From Candidatus Argoarchaeum ethanivorans (GTDB taxonomy: Archaea > Halobacteriota > Methanosarcinia > Methanosarcinales > EX4572-44): a stretch of DNA of 64,000 nt. Below the pieces are notes generated by a model. The model was not told the origin of the DNA, made no database searches, and was given only the letters and a program-made list of their open reading frames with translations. Below are positions 61,458 to 64,000 of this stretch, piece by piece. Position 1 is the first letter of the stretch; each line of letters starts with the position of its first letter. The stretch is from the NCBI GenBank assembly GCA_004193545.1, contig RPGO01000033.1, positions 3,841 through 67,840 on the forward strand. The letters are read 5' to 3'. The position numbers and the translations under genes were made by a program.

Positions 61458-62450
61458 CGGTTAATAATTCAGTGTATCGATTCCAAAATAATATAACAAT
61501 ATTTAACGATGGCTGCTAATTAACTTTGATGCCATTTATACAAAACGTCCAAAATTGACTGATAAAGAACTTGAATACTTAATTTCCTACCGACTCGTTC
61601 AATGACCGAACCAGTGAGAACAGCTGTAAAGGGCAAAAATTCTGGTTTCAGGTTATCAGGAATCGAAATGATTCACAAATAGCTAATGAATTAAACACAA
61701 ATCGTCAAAAGTAATCCGATGTATAAAAGGCTCTCGCCTAAGGATTTATGAAGCGATCGATGATTTATCGAGAAATGGTAGACTAAAAACTCACTCCTGA
61801 AGGACGCGTGGATTATCTCTTTGCCTGTATGAAACCAAAGATTTTGATATCCATGAACTTTGGACAACGACTATTGGCAGAATATAGCTCCCGCGATAAC
61901 TGTATAGATAGCTGATATCCTAGAGGCAGGGAAGATTATCTTCAGGAACAATTTCAAAAAATTCTTAGTGCAAGCAACATAAAACCACATAAAAATCTAC
62001 CGCTATATTAACCAAATCGATCCGAATTTCGAGTCGAAGAGTGCTGTTACTTTGCATACATATGCTGCAGAAAAAATCCCGGAAGTGAGGAAAATTTCGG
62101 CAAAGATGGATGTAGCAATTGGTTTCTGGGTATGATGAAAACCGGTGCATGCAAGCAGTTGGGAACAAATATCCGTGATTTAACGCCAGTAGCGATGTAA
62201 CATCCTACTATTTCGCGTGATTATGAATATATGTATGAACAGAACTCTTCTTTGTTGGTGCGGAATCGACTTGTTAACCGGAACACCATTATCAAGTTTA
62301 TAAGTTCACCGGAGCAGTTGAATTCATTGATTTTGTGCCGATACCTGATTTATACTATCCACAAAACTTAAAAAATCAGTCAACTCTTTAATAATCCAGT
62401 GGGTTCATACGTCAAAGCCGAAACCAAAATATCTGGTAAAGCAAGTTCCT

Positions 62451-62594
62451 TTAATAACTTATCAATTCGTCTTTAATCTTGTTCCGTGCCGAATATTGGC
62501 TTTGAAAGCTCTGGTTCAAAATACGTAAGCGCCCCATTTTCACGAAATCGTTGAGATACTCCACCTCTTTCTCTGTAAGTTTTATTTTTTCCAT
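62451..62594 (-). pseudogene. N-terminal fragment of another IS630-family transposase
   Basis: It reads MEKIKLTEKEVEYLNDFVKMG... The stretch 62530-62563 is an inverted copy of 60364-60396 (one indel). Confidence 0.5.
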
Positions 62595-62641
62595 AGAATA
62601 TGGTTGGACTCACAGGTTTATAAACTTTGTCTAAAAATTAA

Positions 62642-63541
62642 GTTGCTGAGACACTAGTAGATGGAGAACCGATCTATTACTGGATCGACCAACAGAACAA
62701 GGAAGTTCCCATTGATGCAGGCTTTGTTGGACTTGTGAACTCCACAAATATAACGGTTAAAGACCTCACACTGACGAATAACCTACAGGGAGTGTTACTC
62801 GCATACACAAAGAATTCGAGGATAGAACGCATCAATGCATCGAACAACGGCAACGGCATCCGCCTATATTCTTCGAGTGATAACGCGCTCACGAACAACA
62901 ACGACGGCATCTACCTGCATTCTTCGAGTAACAATACACTCACAAACAACACTGCATCGAACAACCACTACGGCATCTGGCTGTATTCTTCGAGCAACAA
63001 CACCGCACCGAACAACCACTACGGCATCTGGCTGTATTCTTCGAGCAACAACACGCTCACAGAGAACACCGCCAACTCGAACAACCACTACGGCATCTGG
63101 CTGTATTCTTCGAGCAACAACAACCTACTCTACCACAACAATCTCATCAACAACACCAAGAACGCTTATGACACAAGCCCCAACCAGTGGAACACCTCAA
63201 CCGTTGGCAACTATTACTCAGACTACACAGGAAGCGACAACGACAGCGACGGTATAGGCGACACTTCGCATCAGATTCCAGGCGGAAGCAGCATTGATTA
63301 TTTCCCTCTGATGCATCCATGGGGAAAACCACCACTGAAAGGCGACCTTGACGGCGATTTCCAAATCACTTCAACAGATGCTGCAATCGCACTTCAAATT
63401 GCAGTCGGCAACCGCCCCTGCAATCCTGAAACCCTCGCTATTGCTGATGTTAGTGGCGACGGCAGGGTTTCATCACTTGATGCTCTTATGATTCTACAGA
63501 ACTGTACAACTTCGTTGTGCAGAGATACCGATAACCTTTGA
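62642..63541 (+). pseudogene. 5'-truncated parallel beta-helix (NosD/PbH1-like) repeat protein with a C-terminal dockerin-like domain
   Basis: The frame is open from 62642 without an ATG. It has repeats NNHYGIWLYSSSNNT and a C-terminal GDLDGDFQITSTDAAIALQ...DVSGDGRVSSLDALMILQ. It abuts the IS630 fragments. Confidence 0.65.
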
Positions 63542-63564
63542 TTCTCGATTGCGGAGCAATCGAG
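63502..63564. repeat. two hairpin repeats
   Basis: The pair is CTGTACAAC-ttc-GTTGTGCAG (63502-63522) and CTCGATTGC-gga-GCAATCGAG (63544-63564). Confidence 0.85.
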
Positions 63565-64000
63565 TGTGGATTAAACTTAAATAAGAAAGCCGATCATTAT
63601 ATTATGTCTGACTACGAATCAGACATCGTGTTATTAGGTCCTCGCGTGAGAGTTTATTGACATACGTCTGTTCTGTGAGCGTGTAGTCAACCACAACACG
63701 GTATATTACCTGATGCATGGGTCACTAAACTGTACAACGGAATTGGAATCCAGTGGATGATGGTTTGGAGTTAGCATCAGGTTATATTTCAAACCTTTAG
63801 CTGTGTAAAAAGTTTTAATTTTATGTGAAAGTCACCCAAGCTTCAGTACAATCCATTTTAGGTACTTCAAGGGGTGATAAATCAAAGAAGTTAAGAGTCG
63901 ATCTGAAAAATTGTGGATTTGGCAAAGAAAAGACTTTTTATAATGTAACTATCCATAAAACGGAAGAATGTGCTATCAATTCGAGTAGACGATCATGTTT

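Noticed and set aside
62835-63257. Alternate-frame ORFs (62835-63257 +, 62864-63088 -) rich in T/A/R repeats
   Set aside because: They are frame shadows of the NNHYGIWLYSSSNNT beta-helix repeats. The PbH1-like frame has the clear motif periodicity and continues into the dockerin.

Overview
This window looks like an archaeal chromosome segment. By inference only, it is Methanosarcinales/ANME-2d-like, based on a PGF-CTERM surface protein, aIF-1A, Alba, Hef, SRP54, dockerin-tagged exoproteins and a nifH-I1-I2-D-K cluster. No HMM, BLAST or GC computation was possible; every call comes from reading the ORF translations and the DNA.

The housekeeping backbone includes purB, ribK/ribB, srp54, moaB, glmU/glmS, trpEG, amt-glnK, hef, trpD/trpF, trxB and leuC/hacA-like genes. 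It also includes an aIF1A-Rio1-KH block and a complete-looking nitrogenase core with FeMo-co and P-cluster ligands conserved.

Several accessory modules interrupt this backbone:
- A type II restriction-modification pair at 7.9-9.5 kb.
- A nest of decayed IS elements at 22.6-25.7 kb.
- A TIR-like gene next to a Shedu-like (DUF4263) nuclease gene at 28.5-30.5 kb.
- A membrane/zinc-ribbon gene plus a 2TM gene at 32.0-33.3 kb.
- An AT-rich island directly after nifK (43.3-49.3 kb). It carries a coupled gene pair of unknown function and a SIR2-TPR gene split at an in-phase A-AAA-AAG heptamer.

The main structural observations are:
- A conserved 63-bp element, or its hairpin-GGT-GTGACTT 3' part, precedes four accessory modules. 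Short direct repeats bracket two of them, giving a cassette-like layout.
- A large family of intergenic 9-bp-stem hairpin repeats has stems that vary in a compensatory way and a constant flank.
- A 2035-aa S8 protease carries seven divergent repeat modules.
- Several genes are frame-disrupted at A-runs.
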